Below are positions 1-10,659 of a stretch of DNA of 64,000 nt, piece after piece. Numbering within the stretch: position 1 is the first letter of the stretch; every line of letters begins with the position of its first letter. The translations under genes were made by a program, and so were the position numbers. A model generated the notes under the pieces. That model saw only the letters and a list, made by a program, of their open reading frames with translations, was not told where the DNA came from and searched no databases. The stretch comes from Burkholderiales bacterium (GTDB taxonomy: Bacteria > Pseudomonadota > Gammaproteobacteria > Burkholderiales > JALYOK01): contig JBKJHT010000055.1 of the NCBI GenBank assembly GCA_046598945.1, positions 10,149 to 74,148 on the forward strand. Direction: 5' to 3'.

Positions 1-2
1 GC

Positions 3-2072
3 TCATACTTTGAGATAGTCGATTTTGCTGTGCATCCAGCGGGCGAGATGTCGATCGGCGGTAGCGGGATCATCTTTCAACAAGCGTTCGGCCCAGGTGC
101 GCGCGGCTTCCAACAGATCGACGTCGAGTTCGAGATCGGCGAATCGTAACATCGGTGCGCCGCTCTGCCGGGCGCCGAGGAATTCGCCTGGACCACGCAA
201 AGCTAAGTCCTGGCGGGCGATTTCAAAGCCGTCGGTATTCTCATAGGTGATTTTCAGCCGCGCACGCGCGGTTTCCGATAGCGGATTTTGGAACAACAAA
301 ATGCAGGTGCTTTGCTGCGCACCGCGCCCGACGCGACCGCGCAGTTGATGCAGTTGCGACAGGCCCATGCGCTCGGCATTTTCGATCACTATCAGCGTCG
401 CGTTCGGTACATCAACGCCGACTTCGATCACCGTTGTCGCGACCAACAGTTGAATCGCGCCGCGGGTGAACGCTTCCATCATCGCCGCTTTTTCAGCCGG
501 CGCTAATCGCCCGTGCACCAAGCCGACGCGAAATTCCGGAAACGTTGCCTCGAGGTGGGCAAAGGTGTCGACCGCCGTTTGCAATTGCAACACCTCCGAT
601 TCCTCAATCAGCGGGCATACCCAATAGGCTTGCGCGCCGTCCCGACAGGCAGCGCGGATGCGCGCGACCACTTCTTCGCGTCGCGCATCGGAGACGAGTT
701 TGGTGACCACAGGCGAGCGACCCGGCGGCAATTCATCGATCACTGACACATCTAGATCGGCGAAAAAGCTCATTGCCAATGTTCGCGGAATCGGCGTTGC
801 GCTCATCATCAACTGATGCGGCTGAACGGCCCCGCGTGTGCCTTTACCACGTAGGGCGAGGCGCTGATCGACGCCGAAGCGATGTTGCTCGTCGATCACC
901 ACCAAGCCTAATTTTTTGAATGCAACGTCGGCTTGAAACAGCGCATGGGTGCCGACAATAAGCTGGGCCGCGCCGTTGCTCGCGGACTCGAGCGCGGTGC
1001 GTTTGGCCTTACTTTTTAGGCTACCCATCAACCATGCGGTTTGCACGCCCAGCGGGGTGAGCATTGCATCGATTTTGCGAAAATGTTGCTCGGCCAATAT
1101 TTCCGTCGGCGCCATCAACACGGCTTGATAGCCATTGGCGATGGTGCGCGCACAGGCCAGTGCCGCGACAATGGTCTTGCCGCTGCCGACGTCGCCTTGT
1201 AACAAGCGCTGCATTGGATGGCGCTGGTCGAGATCGCGATTGATCTCTTCGAGCGCACGGCTCTGCGCGCCCGTCAGCGCAAACGGCAGGGAGGCCAACA
1301 ACTGCGCCACGAGCGCGCCGCTATCACTTAGCCTCGGCGCCGCATGGGCGCGCCGTTCGCGATAGGCGCGGCGCATGGAGAGTTGCTGCGCCAGCAGTTC
1401 GTCGAATTTCAAGCGCCGCCATGGGGGGGCGGACTTGTCTTCCAATTGGCTTTGCGATTGATCCGGCGCGGGGCGATGGAGCAAGCTCACGCTCGTCTCG
1501 AAACTCGGCAATGAGAGTTGTTTCAGTAAATCCTCGCTGAGCGTGTCGCTCAAATCGCAACGCGCTAACGCTTGATGAATAAGTTTTTTAATCGTCGCCT
1601 GCGGTAGGCCGGCGGTGGTCGGATAGACCGGCGTTAAGGTTTCCGCCAGTGGCGCACTTTCGCCGACAACGCGATATTTTGGGTGCACCATCTCCGGCCC
1701 AAAATAACCTTGCCGTTGCTCGCCCAACACGCGCAGCCGCACCCCCGCTTGCAGTTGTTTTATCTGGCTCGGATAAAAATTGAAGAAGCGCAAATACAAC
1801 ACCGCGCTGCCATCGGCGATTTGACACACCAACTGGCGTCGCGGCCGATATTGAACTTCCGCGTGCAGTAACTCGCCTTCCGTTTGGGCATTGCGATCGA
1901 ACGGCAAATCGCTGATGGGGTAGAGAAGGGTTTCGTCTTCGTAACGCAGCGGCAGGTGTAACACCAAATCGAAATCCGTGCGAATGCCTAATTTCACCAG
2001 CCGATTACGCGTCGGCTGGCTGCTGGCGGCCAGGATGGAAACAACGTTAAGTTTTTGTGCTGGCGGCGGCAA
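3..2072 (-). CDS. recG: ATP-dependent DNA helicase RecG
   Basis: 689-aa ORF with Walker A GDVGSGKT, DEQH box VIDEQHRFG and motif VI QLRGRVGRG. TTG start lies 8 nt after the spoT stop. Confidence 0.95.
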   Translation of the reverse strand: MPPPAQKLNVVSILAASSQPTRNRLVKLGIRTDFDLVLHLPLRYEDETLLYPISDLPFDRNAQTEGELLHAEVQYRPRRQLVCQIADGSAVLYLRFFNFYPSQIKQLQAGVRLRVLGEQRQGYFGPEMVHPKYRVVGESAPLAETLTPVYPTTAGLPQATIKKLIHQALARCDLSDTLSEDLLKQLSLPSFETSVSLLHRPAPDQSQSQLEDKSAPPWRRLKFDELLAQQLSMRRAYRERRAHAAPRLSDSGALVAQLLASLPFALTGAQSRALEEINRDLDQRHPMQRLLQGDVGSGKTIVAALACARTIANGYQAVLMAPTEILAEQHFRKIDAMLTPLGVQTAWLMGSLKSKAKRTALESASNGAAQLIVGTHALFQADVAFKKLGLVVIDEQHRFGVDQRLALRGKGTRGAVQPHQLMMSATPIPRTLAMSFFADLDVSVIDELPPGRSPVVTKLVSDARREEVVARIRAACRDGAQAYWVCPLIEESEVLQLQTAVDTFAHLEATFPEFRVGLVHGRLAPAEKAAMMEAFTRGAIQLLVATTVIEVGVDVPNATLIVIENAERMGLSQLHQLRGRVGRGAQQSTCILLFQNPLSETARARLKITYENTDGFEIARQDLALRGPGEFLGARQSGAPMLRFADLELDVDLLEAARTWAERLLKDDPATADRHLARWMHSKIDYLKV

Positions 2073-2080
2073 GGCGAGGG

Positions 2081-4210
2081 CTAGTCGCTGCCCTTGATGC
2101 GACGGATGCGCACCACCTCGGGAACCGCGCGGAGCTTTTGCATCACCATCGCTAAATGGTTACGGTCTTTTACCTGTACCGTAAATTCAATAGTGGTGTA
2201 GGCTTGGGAATCTTTTTCCGTGGTGGCGAAATTTTCGATATTGGAATTTGCCTCGGCGATGCTCGCCGCGATTCGCGCTAATACGCCCGGTTGATTCGCC
2301 GCAACGATTTTAACGCGCACATCGAACACTCGGTCGCTGACATTGTCCCATAACACATCAATCCACTTGTCGGGATCGGTGCGAAACTGCCGGATGGCGT
2401 TACAGTCATGGGTATGAATAGTCAGCCCTTGACCTTTGTTGATGAAGCCGAGAATCGGATCCCCAGGAATCGGCATGCAACATTGAGCGAATTGCACCGC
2501 CATCCCTTCGCTGCCGCGAATCGTGATGCTGCCCAGCTTATGTTCATGTGGAGTTGGGTCGGAGAGCCGGAGCAGCCGACTCGCCACCACCACGTTCAAA
2601 CGTTTGCCTAAGCCGATTTCGGACAGCACAATCTCGCGAGTCTTACTCTTGTCGCCACGCCATAATTGTTCCCAATGGCTGTCGTTAATTTCCTCGGGGT
2701 CAACGCCAAGCGCGCGCAAGGCTTGATTGAGTAATCGCTCGCCGAGCATGACCGATTCGTCAAAGCGAATCGTTTTCAGATAATGACGAATGTGCGAACG
2801 CGCCTTGCCAGTAACGACAAAATTCAGCCAGCCGGGATTCGGCGCCGCGTGTGCCGCGGTAACGATTTCGATACGGTCGCCGCTCTTGAGCCGCACGCGT
2901 AGCGGGGCCAACTCGTGATTGATCTTGGCGGCAACACAACGATCGCCGATGTCGGTGTGCACCGCGTAGGCAAAATCGACGGCCGTTGCGCCCTTCGGCA
3001 GAGATTTTATTTCGCCGCGCGGGGTGAACACATACACTTCGTCGGGAAAAAGATCGAACTTGACGTACTCCAGAAACTCGGTGGAATCGCGACTCTGAGT
3101 CTGAATCTCCAACAAAGATTGCAGCAGGCGGTGGGTACGCTTCTGCAGTTCATTGAGCGAGCCGTCACTGGATTTGTACAGCCAATGGGATGCCACCCCC
3201 GCTTCCGCAATGCGATGCATGTCCTGCGTGCGGATTTGAATTTCCATCGGCGTACCGAACGGCCCGATCAATGCCGTGTGTAACCCCTGATAGCCATTGG
3301 CTTTTGGAATGCCGATATAGTCTTTGAACTTACCGGGAATCGGTTTGTATAAATTGTGCAGCGCGCCCAGCGCAAGGTAACAAGACGGCAAGTCTTTTAC
3401 GATCACCCGCAGCCCGTAAATATCCAGAACCTCGGCGAAGCTCAGCGATTTCTCGATCATTTTTTTATAAATGCTGTAGAGGTGCTTCTCGCGCCCATAC
3501 ACACTGGCTTCGATGTTATCGGCGGCCAGGCGCTCTTCGACGGCATGTTGAATTTTTGAAACCACTTCGCGCCGATTACCGCGCGCCGCTTTAAGGGCTT
3601 TCGTGAGCACGCGGTACCGGGTAGGATAAAGGTGACGAAACGACAGCTCTTGCAATTCTTGGTAGATATTGTTTAAGCCCAAGCGATTGGCGATCGGGCC
3701 GTAGATTTCCAGCGTCTCGCGGGCAATGCGGGTCTGCTGCTCGCGACTAACCGCATCCAGCGTGCGCATGTTGTGCAAACGATCAGCCAGCTTAATCAAG
3801 ATCACGCGGACATCGCGCGCCATCGCCAGCAACATCTTGCGGAAATTTTCCGCTTGCGCATGTTGTTGCGATTCAAATTCGATTTTAGTGAGTTTCGACA
3901 CGCCATCAACCAGGTCGCCAACGGATTTGCCGAAGGCGCGGGTGATCTCGCGCTGGGTCGTGCCGGTATCCTCCACGGTGTCGTGTAACAGGGCCGCCAT
4001 CAACGCTTGCGGATCGAGATGCATATCCGCTAGGATTTTGGCAACGGCGACCGGGTGCGTGATGTACGGTTCGCCGCTCTTGCGAAACTGGCCTTCGTGA
4101 GCGGCCTTGGCGAGTTCAAACGCAGCTTCGACCTGCGCGACATCCTCGGGCTTTAAATAGCTCGAGACCGCGTGGGACAGTTCTGCTACTTCAGCCATGA
4201 CGTACGCCAA
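2081..4210 (-). CDS. spoT: bifunctional (p)ppGpp synthetase/hydrolase (RelA/SpoT family)
   Basis: 709-aa ORF with HD hydrolase motif LLHDTVEDT, a RelA/SpoT synthetase core, and TGS and C-terminal ACT-like regions. Sits in the classic gmk-rpoZ-spoT-recG order. Confidence 0.93.
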   Translation of the reverse strand: MAYVMAEVAELSHAVSSYLKPEDVAQVEAAFELAKAAHEGQFRKSGEPYITHPVAVAKILADMHLDPQALMAALLHDTVEDTGTTQREITRAFGKSVGDLVDGVSKLTKIEFESQQHAQAENFRKMLLAMARDVRVILIKLADRLHNMRTLDAVSREQQTRIARETLEIYGPIANRLGLNNIYQELQELSFRHLYPTRYRVLTKALKAARGNRREVVSKIQHAVEERLAADNIEASVYGREKHLYSIYKKMIEKSLSFAEVLDIYGLRVIVKDLPSCYLALGALHNLYKPIPGKFKDYIGIPKANGYQGLHTALIGPFGTPMEIQIRTQDMHRIAEAGVASHWLYKSSDGSLNELQKRTHRLLQSLLEIQTQSRDSTEFLEYVKFDLFPDEVYVFTPRGEIKSLPKGATAVDFAYAVHTDIGDRCVAAKINHELAPLRVRLKSGDRIEIVTAAHAAPNPGWLNFVVTGKARSHIRHYLKTIRFDESVMLGERLLNQALRALGVDPEEINDSHWEQLWRGDKSKTREIVLSEIGLGKRLNVVVASRLLRLSDPTPHEHKLGSITIRGSEGMAVQFAQCCMPIPGDPILGFINKGQGLTIHTHDCNAIRQFRTDPDKWIDVLWDNVSDRVFDVRVKIVAANQPGVLARIAASIAEANSNIENFATTEKDSQAYTTIEFTVQVKDRNHLAMVMQKLRAVPEVVRIRRIKGSD

Positions 4211-4298
4211 TTATGAGGAAGGCAATAACTTAGTTTGAAAGTTGGAGAATTCCAAAAAGTCTTGAGGCGGCCAGTCTAACAAAGCCATTTCAACGCGC

Positions 4299-4514
4299 TT
4301 AAATTTGCGGCGGTGGCACGCGATTGAGTATTTCAATGCCCACCTTACCCGCGGCGATTTCGCGTAATGCGATGACGCAGGGCTTGTCCTTGTTCGCTTC
4401 GACTTGGGGCGTCGCGCCGATCGATAGTTGCCGCGCTCTCACCGTCGCCACTAACGTTAACTCAAAGCGGTTGGGGATTCTCTTCAAACATTCGTCGACA
4501 GTAATTCTAGCCAT
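4299..4514 (-). CDS. rpoZ: DNA-directed RNA polymerase subunit omega
   Basis: 71-aa [33 protein letters not shown], typical of RpoZ. Located between gmk and spoT. Confidence 0.92.
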   Translation of the reverse strand: MARITVDECLKRIPNRFELTLVATVRARQLSIGATPQVEANKDKPCVIALREIAAGKVGIEILNRVPPPQI

Positions 4515-5136
4515 GTGATTCTCGTTGTGTCAGATTCATTAACAACGACTCGTGTGCCGCGAGTTGTCGCGCGATTTGCAGCCGTTGTGTGCGGATGATG
4601 CCGGATAGATCTTTCACGGCATCGGTGAAGTTATTGTTAATAATAACATAGTCAAATTCCACGACATGGCTGATGTCCTCTTGCGCGGCCGCCAGACGGC
4701 GTTGAATTGTTTCCGGCGTGTCCTGTTTGCGCCCTTCCAAGCGTGCGCGTAGCGCCTCGAGCGTAGGCGGCAATATAAAGATGCTAATGACGTTGGAAAA
4801 TATCTTGCGTAGCTGTTGCGCGCCTTGCCAATCGATTTCCAACACGACATCATGGCCGTTTTTGAGCGTCGCGTCGATCCAGCGCTGCGACGTGCCGTAA
4901 AGATTGCCGTAGACTTCCGCGCTTTCCAAAAACTCGCCGTTGGCCGCCATCTGCAAAAATGGGTCGCGATCGATAAAGTAATAGTCCTTGCCGTGGACCT
5001 CGCCGGGGCGCGGGCTGCGCGTCGTGTGAGACACGGAGAGCCGCACCAGGCGGTCCTCTGCAAGCAATGCCGCAACCAAACTGGATTTTCCCGCGCCCGA
5101 CGGGGCGGCAATAATGAATAGGTTTCCTGTAGTCAT
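4507..5136 (-). CDS. gmk: guanylate kinase
   Basis: 209-aa ORF with P-loop [10 protein letters not shown] and the guanylate kinase core [13 protein letters not shown]. Overlaps the rpoZ start by 8 nt. Confidence 0.95.
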   Translation of the reverse strand: MTTGNLFIIAAPSGAGKSSLVAALLAEDRLVRLSVSHTTRSPRPGEVHGKDYYFIDRDPFLQMAANGEFLESAEVYGNLYGTSQRWIDATLKNGHDVVLEIDWQGAQQLRKIFSNVISIFILPPTLEALRARLEGRKQDTPETIQRRLAAAQEDISHVVEFDYVIINNNFTDAVKDLSGIIRTQRLQIARQLAAHESLLMNLTQRESHG

Positions 5137-5212
5137 CGCTTAAGGCGAGATGAGCACGGACGCACAACGATAGAGACGGGCGAGCCGATCGTTGTCAGTG
5201 TCCACGCGCCAC

Positions 5213-6082
5213 TCACTCTATATTTTGGATTTGCTCGCGCATTTGTTCGATCAAAACTTTCATCTCGACCGAGATTTTCGACACGTCGGACGAAACGGAT
5301 TTTGCGCCCAGGGTATTGGCCTCACGATTCAATTCTTGCATCAGGAAATCGAGCCGCTTGCCAGCAGCGCCGCCCTTACCGAGCACGCGCCGTACTTCAC
5401 TCAGATGCGCCTTTAGCCTGGACAGTTCTTCGTCGACATCGATCTTGCTGGCGAATAACACCACTTCTTGGCGCAAACGATCGTCCTCCGGGCTGGCCAT
5501 GGCCTCGCGTAGCTTCGTCACCAATTTTTCTTCGAACGCGGCGACCAACTTCGGAATAAGCGGCGTCGCTTCGGTAGCGAGGGCATCCAGGCGAGCGCCA
5601 CGCTCAAGCAAAATGGCTTTGAGCTTCTCGCCTTCGCGCGCGCGGCTGTGGCCTAGCTCGGCTAACGCTTCATTGAGCAATGTCAGTGCATCGTTTGCAA
5701 TCCGCTCCACCGGCGGCGAATCTTGATCGAAGATTCCAGGGAAATTCAGGATATTCGAAACGGACAGCGGCGCGCTGCCAGGTACCAGGGATTTGATGGA
5801 TTCGTTGTATTTAAGCAGTTGCCGCAGCACGCCTTGGTTAAGCGGCAATCCCTTCGCCGCGCTCGGGATGGGTGTGAACCCGAGTCGGCAGTCAAACTTC
5901 CCGCGGGAGATTTTTTGATTGATCGCCTCGCGCAGGCCCGTTTCCAGCGACCGCAATTCGTCGGGTAATCGCAGTTGAACTTCCAAGTAGCGATGATTAA
6001 CGGAGCGCAACTCAAGATTGAGCTGACCATAATCGTAGTCTTGGCTGCGGCTGGCAAAGCCGGTCATACTGTTAATCATCAC
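5213..6082 (-). CDS. yicC: YicC family stress-induced protein
   Basis: 289-aa ORF with N-terminus MINSMTGFA and a C-terminal region (DVSKISVEMKVLIEQMREQIQNIE) typical of the YicC/DUF1732 family. Confidence 0.88.
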   Translation of the reverse strand: MMINSMTGFASRSQDYDYGQLNLELRSVNHRYLEVQLRLPDELRSLETGLREAINQKISRGKFDCRLGFTPIPSAAKGLPLNQGVLRQLLKYNESIKSLVPGSAPLSVSNILNFPGIFDQDSPPVERIANDALTLLNEALAELGHSRAREGEKLKAILLERGARLDALATEATPLIPKLVAAFEEKLVTKLREAMASPEDDRLRQEVVLFASKIDVDEELSRLKAHLSEVRRVLGKGGAAGKRLDFLMQELNREANTLGAKSVSSDVSKISVEMKVLIEQMREQIQNIE

Positions 6083-6184
6083 TTGATCGAATCCTATAAT
6101 AAATCTTAGAAAGCGTTGCTAAATACTCGTAATATATGGAGAATAGCCTACCCTTCAATCACCGTACCATACCATTATTTGAGC

Positions 6185-7132
6185 ATGGCGCAACACGCTG
6201 AACTTGCATTGCCGGAAGGCTATCAGTTGCCGGATTATCGCATTCTTCGCAGCCTTTCATCGGGTGGGTTCAGTACCGTCTATCTGGCGCAGGATGCGAG
6301 CGAAACGCAGGTAGCGATCAAAGAGTATTTGCCAAATGGCTTAGTGGTGCGCTCAGATGCCATGGAAGTACAAGCGAATTCACCCGAGAATGTTCCCCCG
6401 TTTCGCCACGGCATGAAGTGTTTTTTCGAGGAAGGACGAACCTTAGCGCAAATCAATCATCCGAACGTGGTCCGGGTTGAAAATTTCTTTCGCGCCAACG
6501 AGACCGTGTATTTAGTTATGCGCTATATGCGTGGGAGGACACTGGATTTTCATATTCGCTCGAACAAGCAATATTTCACCGAAAGTTTTATGCGCCGCTT
6601 GTTCTTGAGTCTGCTCAACGGCCTGCGCGAAGTTCATACGCATAAGTTGTTGCATTTGGACATCAAGCCCGCCAATATATATGTCACTATGGATGCAACA
6701 CCGGTACTGTTGGACTTTGGGTCGGCACGCATGACGCTCAACCACGATCGGCCACAATTGATCCCGATGTACACCAGGGGCTTCGCCGCCCCCGAACAAT
6801 ATCGCGGCATGGCGGGCCTCGGACCGTGGACCGACATCTATTCCGTCGGCGCGACCATGTATGCCTCACTCTCCGGCACCCCACCGCAAAGTTCCGATAA
6901 GCGTGAAAAAGAAGATCAGTTACGCCCGGCGGTTGATGCCTGGCAGGGTCAATTTTCCGCGCACTTGTTGAGTACCATCGATCAATGCTTACGCCTGGAT
7001 CCGCTACAACGGCCGCAAAGCGTTTATGCGCTGCAGAAAGCCTTGCTGGAATCGGGATCTGAAGTACCGGAGGCAAAGGTGAGTCTGCTGAATACGATTC
7101 GGCGCGGCATCAACCGGCTGGGAGCGCGTTAA
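6185..7132 (+). CDS. serine/threonine protein kinase (kinase domain only)
   Basis: Hanks kinase motifs are present: GGFSTVY, VAIKEY, HLDIKPANIY, LLDFGSAR, FAAPEQY. I prefer the ATG at 6185 over the TTG at 6116. No TM or sensor domain. Confidence 0.85.
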   Translation: MAQHAELALPEGYQLPDYRILRSLSSGGFSTVYLAQDASETQVAIKEYLPNGLVVRSDAMEVQANSPENVPPFRHGMKCFFEEGRTLAQINHPNVVRVENFFRANETVYLVMRYMRGRTLDFHIRSNKQYFTESFMRRLFLSLLNGLREVHTHKLLHLDIKPANIYVTMDATPVLLDFGSARMTLNHDRPQLIPMYTRGFAAPEQYRGMAGLGPWTDIYSVGATMYASLSGTPPQSSDKREKEDQLRPAVDAWQGQFSAHLLSTIDQCLRLDPLQRPQSVYALQKALLESGSEVPEAKVSLLNTIRRGINRLGAR

Positions 7133-8043
7133 TGACACTCCCGTTCGATATATTTCAGCAATCCTTGATTAGCGGTCGCAAGACCAACCAAGACCGCGTT
7201 GGCTACGCCTACGCCAATGAGACCGTGTTAATGGTCGTGGCGGACGGCATGGGCGGGCACTTAAATGGCGAGATCGCCGCCGAAATCGCGGTACGTGTAT
7301 TGATCCAGCGTTTTAATGGCGAAGCGCGTCTGGGGCTGAGCAATCCCGGACCGTTCCTGCGCAGCGCGCTAGAAGCCGGGCACGACGCCATCGGCAGCTA
7401 CACCGGCAAAAACAACCTAGTCGAATACCCGCGCACAACCTGCGTTGCCTGCATCGTGAAAAACAAGATCGCCTACTGGTGCCACGCCGGTGATTCTCGC
7501 CTTTATTTGATCCGCCACGGCCACGTATACAAACGCACCCGCGATCATTCCCGAGTTCAGCGCATGATCGACGCAGGATTAATCACCGAGCACCAAGCGC
7601 TCACCCATCCGGAACGCAACAAGATTTATAGTTGCCTCGGCGGCGACCAGTTGCCGACGATTTCCGTTTCGGAAGGTACGCAACTCAATCCCAGCGATAT
7701 CTTGTTGTTGTGTAGCGATGGCTTTTGGGGCACGCTCACATCGGCGGAAATCGAAACCCAGTTGACTGAAGATCCGTTCGCTGTCGCGCTGCCCAAGTTA
7801 ATCCAAAAATCGCTCGACATTGCCGGCGCCCATGGCGACAACCTATCGGTGGTTGGACTGCAATGGCCCGGCGCCGTGGAAAAACTAGAATACATCGATT
7901 CCGCCGTCACCATGCCCGCGGACTTTCTTACCCAGCCCATTGCGCGTTCCGATAACCGCGCCAAGGTCGACGACATGAGCGATGCCGAAATCGAACGTGC
8001 CATCACCGAAATTCAAAACGCCATCCAGAAATTCTCCAAATGA
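7132..8043 (+). CDS. PP2C-family Ser/Thr protein phosphatase
   Basis: 303-aa ORF with PP2C motifs [18 protein letters not shown] and [12 protein letters not shown]. Its ATG overlaps the kinase stop (TAATG). Confidence 0.88.
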   Translation: MTLPFDIFQQSLISGRKTNQDRVGYAYANETVLMVVADGMGGHLNGEIAAEIAVRVLIQRFNGEARLGLSNPGPFLRSALEAGHDAIGSYTGKNNLVEYPRTTCVACIVKNKIAYWCHAGDSRLYLIRHGHVYKRTRDHSRVQRMIDAGLITEHQALTHPERNKIYSCLGGDQLPTISVSEGTQLNPSDILLLCSDGFWGTLTSAEIETQLTEDPFAVALPKLIQKSLDIAGAHGDNLSVVGLQWPGAVEKLEYIDSAVTMPADFLTQPIARSDNRAKVDDMSDAEIERAITEIQNAIQKFSK

Positions 8044-8777
8044 CAGCAGCCCTAGCCCAACGTCCCAGCGGTCGCGGTATCGACCAGTTGCGCGATATTC
8101 GTCTCACCCGCCGTTACACACGTCACGCCGAGGGATCGGTGTTAATCGAGTGCGGCGATACGAAAGTGATTTGCACCGCGAGCATCGACGAGAAGGTCCC
8201 GCCATTCTTGAAAGGTAAAGGCCAAGGCTGGCTTACCGCCGAATACGGCATGCTGCCGCGCGCCACCGGAACGCGCGTCGACCGCGAAGCGGCGCGCGGT
8301 AAGCAAACCGGCCGCACGCAGGAAATCCAACGTCTCATCGGCCGCAGTTTGCGCGCCGTGATCGATCTGTCAAAAATCGGCGAGCGCACCATCCAAATCG
8401 ATTGCGATGTCATTCAAGCCGATGGCGGCACGCGCACCGCCAGTATTACCGGCGCCTATGTCGCCGTGGCCGATGCGGTCGCCTATCTACTGGCAAAAAA
8501 GAACCTCGGCGCCTCGCCGCTGCGCGATCATGTCGCCGCGATTTCCGTCGGCGTTTATCGCGGCGCCGCGGTGCTCGACTTGGACTATCTGGAAGATTCC
8601 GATTGCGATACGGATATGAATGTGGTGATGACCGGCAGTGGCGGCTTCGTCGAAGTACAGGGCACGGCCGAAGGTGACGCTTTCACGCAGGAACAAATGA
8701 ATTCCATGCTTGCCTTGGCGAAAAAGGGTATTCAGGAATTAGTCACCGCGCAGCGGGCGGCGCTCGGCGCCCAGTGA
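8040..8777 (+). CDS. rph: ribonuclease PH
   Basis: 245-aa ORF containing [41 protein letters not shown], typical of RNase PH. ATGA overlap with the PP2C gene. Confidence 0.95.
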   Translation: MTAALAQRPSGRGIDQLRDIRLTRRYTRHAEGSVLIECGDTKVICTASIDEKVPPFLKGKGQGWLTAEYGMLPRATGTRVDREAARGKQTGRTQEIQRLIGRSLRAVIDLSKIGERTIQIDCDVIQADGGTRTASITGAYVAVADAVAYLLAKKNLGASPLRDHVAAISVGVYRGAAVLDLDYLEDSDCDTDMNVVMTGSGGFVEVQGTAEGDAFTQEQMNSMLALAKKGIQELVTAQRAALGAQ

Positions 8778-9367
8778 TCGCTAAACTGGTCATCGCCAGC
8801 GCCAATCCCGGTAAGCTGCGCGAAATTCAGGCGATCCTGGCGCCGCTGAATATTTCCATCTTTGCCCAAAAAGCGCTGGGCATAAGCGAAGCCGACGAAC
8901 CCCATGGCACGTTTATCGAAAACGCCTTGGCAAAAGCGCGCCACGCCAGCGCACAAAGCGGCCTACCGGTCTTGGCGGATGACTCCGGCATTTGCGTCGA
9001 TGCGCTCAACGGCGAGCCCGGTGTGCATTCCGCCCGTTACGCCGGCGAACCGAAATCCGATGCGCGCAATAATGAAAAGCTCATTCGTGCGCTCAGTGAT
9101 CAAACCCACCGCAACGCTCATTACTATTGCGTGATGGCCTTGCTGCGCCACGCCAACGATCCCGAACCCATCCTCGCCGAGGGGGCATGGCACGGCGAAA
9201 TTATCCTAAGCCCGCGCGGAATAAACGGCTTTGGCTACGATCCCTATTTTTTTCTGCCCGCTTTCGGCAAAACCAGCGCGGAACTCGAACCCGCACACAA
9301 AAACCGCATCAGCCATCGCGCCCAAGCGCTGGAACAGTTGATGCGCAAATTGCAACGGCCGATTTAA
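8774..9367 (+). CDS. rdgB: non-canonical purine NTP pyrophosphatase (RdgB/HAM1)
   Basis: 197-aa ORF with [15 protein letters not shown] and FGYDPYFF motifs. GTGA overlap with rph. Confidence 0.93.
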   Translation: MIAKLVIASANPGKLREIQAILAPLNISIFAQKALGISEADEPHGTFIENALAKARHASAQSGLPVLADDSGICVDALNGEPGVHSARYAGEPKSDARNNEKLIRALSDQTHRNAHYYCVMALLRHANDPEPILAEGAWHGEIILSPRGINGFGYDPYFFLPAFGKTSAELEPAHKNRISHRAQALEQLMRKLQRPI

Positions 9368-9384
9368 ATCTGTCGTCATCCGCC

Positions 9385-10590
9385 TTGTCGCAAACCCAGC
9401 CCATAGAATTCAAGTCGCAACAATCCAGCGACACCCGCATTGGCGTTGCCGCCTTGCCGCCGCTGGCGTTGTACATCCACATCCCGTGGTGTGTGCGCAA
9501 GTGTCCGTACTGCGATTTCAATTCCCACGAAGCACGCGGCGAGGTTCGCGAAAGCGTTTATGTCGACGCCCTGATCGGCGATCTCGACGCGGCGCTGCCG
9601 CATATTTGGGGACGACCGGTACACACGATTTTCTTTGGTGGCGGCACACCGAGTTTGTTTTCAGCCGCGTCATTGGATCGCTTGTTGAGCGAAGTGCGCG
9701 CCCGCGTCCCGCTCGCGCCGGGAGCGGAGATCACGCTGGAGGCCAATCCCGGTACATTTGAGGTGGAGAAATTTGCCGCCTACCGCAAGCTTGGCATTAA
9801 CCGTCTGTCGATCGGGATCCAGAGTTTTAATCCAACGCATCTCAAAGCATTGGGCCGAATTCACGACGATGACGAGGCGCGCCGCGCCGTGGCGATCGCG
9901 CGCGATAATTTCGACAACTTCAATCTCGATCTGATGTACGCGCTGCCGCAGCAGACGCTGGCGGAAGCGCTTGCTGACATCGATCATGCAGTGAGTCTGG
10001 GCGCGCCGCATATTTCCGCCTATCACCTCACGCTCGAACCCAACACCTTGTTCTACAAACATCCGCCGCCGTTACCCGACCATGACGCCAGCGCCACCAT
10101 GCAAGAGGCTATCGAAAGCAAATTACAGGCGGCGGGATATACGCACTATGAAACCTCAGCCTTCGCCAAGCCGGGCCGTTCGTGCAAACACAATTTGAAT
10201 TACTGGCAATTTGGTGATTACCTCGGCATCGGCGCTGGCGCCCACAGCAAGCTGTCGTTTCGCGATCGGATCGTACGCGAGATGCGCTACAAGCATCCTG
10301 AAACGTATTTGCAGAAAGTAAAAAGCGGCGCCGCGGTACAAGAACATCGCGTGATCGGCGCGGCGGATTTGCCATTTGAGTTCATGATGAACGCACTGCG
10401 CCTAACCGGCGGCGTGGCGCTCGCGATTTTTTCCGAACGCACCGGGTTGCCGATTAACGTTGTGGCAAAAACCCTGGCGCAAGCAGAAGCCAAGCAACTA
10501 ATCGCTCGCGACCACCGGCATCTCGCGCCAACGCGGCAGGGGCAGCGCTTCTTGAACGACTTGTTGGAAATGTTTTTGCCGGATGAATGA
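9385..10590 (+). CDS. hemW: radical SAM family heme chaperone HemW (HemN-like, oxygen-independent coproporphyrinogen oxidase family)
   Basis: Radical SAM cluster motif CVRKCPYCDFNS plus a HemN C-terminal domain. The ORF-track start at 9127 overlaps rdgB out of frame and gives a non-homologous Arg-rich N-terminus. There is no ATG between the rdgB stop and the conserved core, so TTG at 9385 is my guess. Confidence 0.82.
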   Translation: MSQTQPIEFKSQQSSDTRIGVAALPPLALYIHIPWCVRKCPYCDFNSHEARGEVRESVYVDALIGDLDAALPHIWGRPVHTIFFGGGTPSLFSAASLDRLLSEVRARVPLAPGAEITLEANPGTFEVEKFAAYRKLGINRLSIGIQSFNPTHLKALGRIHDDDEARRAVAIARDNFDNFNLDLMYALPQQTLAEALADIDHAVSLGAPHISAYHLTLEPNTLFYKHPPPLPDHDASATMQEAIESKLQAAGYTHYETSAFAKPGRSCKHNLNYWQFGDYLGIGAGAHSKLSFRDRIVREMRYKHPETYLQKVKSGAAVQEHRVIGAADLPFEFMMNALRLTGGVALAIFSERTGLPINVVAKTLAQAEAKQLIARDHRHLAPTRQGQRFLNDLLEMFLPDE

Positions 10591-10634
10591 CTGTGATTTC
10601 TATTTGATCGGGAGACCGACGTTTTAAGGTCATT

Positions 10635-10651
10635 GCCAGGCGGCTCCTGGC
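10635..10651. terminator. GC stem-loop between convergent hemW and nitronate monooxygenase genes
   Basis: GCCAGG-cggct-CCTGGC forms a perfect 6-bp stem. There is no clear U-tract, so terminator function is uncertain. Confidence 0.3.
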
Positions 10652-10659
10652 GTGGTGTA

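Noticed and set aside
6185-8043. Kinase/PP2C pair considered as an accessory (defence or toxin-like) module
   Set aside because: The pair is embedded by overlapping codons in a conserved yicC / rph-rdgB-hemW housekeeping context. There are no effector domains and no sign of horizontal acquisition.
9127-9384. Long N-terminal extension of hemW from the ATG at 9127
   Set aside because: It overlaps 240 nt of rdgB in another frame. It encodes an Arg/Pro-rich non-homologous peptide, and HemW homology begins only near LPPLALYIHIPWC.
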